A stretch of 64,000 nt of DNA, from NCBI GenBank assembly GCA_977017645.1, contig OZ360222.1, positions 44,950,001 to 45,014,000 of the forward strand. Direction: 5' to 3'. Below are positions 63,568 to 64,000 of the stretch, one piece after another (position 1 is the stretch's first letter; each line of letters opens with the position of its first letter). The DNA comes from Torpedo marmorata. Taxonomy: Eukaryota. The notes beneath the pieces are model-generated. The model was not told the origin of the DNA. It saw nothing but the letters and a program-made list of their open reading frames with translations, and ran no database searches. Position numbers and translations under genes: made by a program.

Positions 63568-64000
63568 AATCTCCATCACTTTTGCTCTGACAATACCCCC
63601 TTTCATTAAGGTAAGTCTTCCACTTTGTTCAACTAGAAGATTCCCTTCACCTGTAGTAGTTGAGAGGGGCCTCAGCCATGCCTGCTTTCGTCTCTTAATT
63701 CATCTCAGAACCAAGATATAAACCCAGTTCCATTGTATCAACCTCGACATTTTAATAGCTCCTTTTAGCCCATTTCTGATACCTTCAGATGGATGTCAAC
63801 ATTAAACAATCCAACCCTTATCTTCCCATTTCAGCATTTTATAGTGTTTGTTCCCTCCATGTATTCTGCTTTTCAATTTTCACCATCTACTTTCAAGCTC
63901 CTTCATATGGAAGTGCACAAGATAGAATGAATACCTGCCTTTTACTTCCTAACTGCCCACACCAAAGGCCCCAAAATTTCATTCCACATGAAATGGCAAT

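Noticed and set aside
1-64000. CRISPR array or prokaryotic defence system
   Set aside because: Eukaryotic intron-exon DNA; no regularly spaced repeat-spacer array or operon structure is visible.

Overview
Repeat-rich vertebrate genomic DNA. The mix of CR1, Rex1/Babar, Penelope, L1/Tx1 and V/HE1-like SINE repeats suggests a cartilaginous fish (inference). Two host genes lie on the minus strand. The first is PRKD3, seen as its first coding exon (CDS 25453-25154) with a long uORF-containing leader; 1-25153 appears to be one large intron. The second is a multi-exon MOCS3, seen as its last four coding exons (63007-52000); one intron has U12 (minor spliceosome) signals, whereas human MOCS3 is intronless. 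An orphan promoter-like motif cluster with a hairpin lies at about 39.75-40.17 kb. The rest is nested mobile DNA. It includes a twin-priming (5'-inverted) L1 carrying a second L1, an internally inverted Gypsy element with intact LTRs, PBS and PPT, solo LTRs, hAT and other MITEs, a 5S-derived SINE, and over a dozen Penelope-type minimal hammerhead ribozyme motifs, some inside fold-back hairpin elements. All protein and repeat-family assignments are from recognition of motifs, not database searches.
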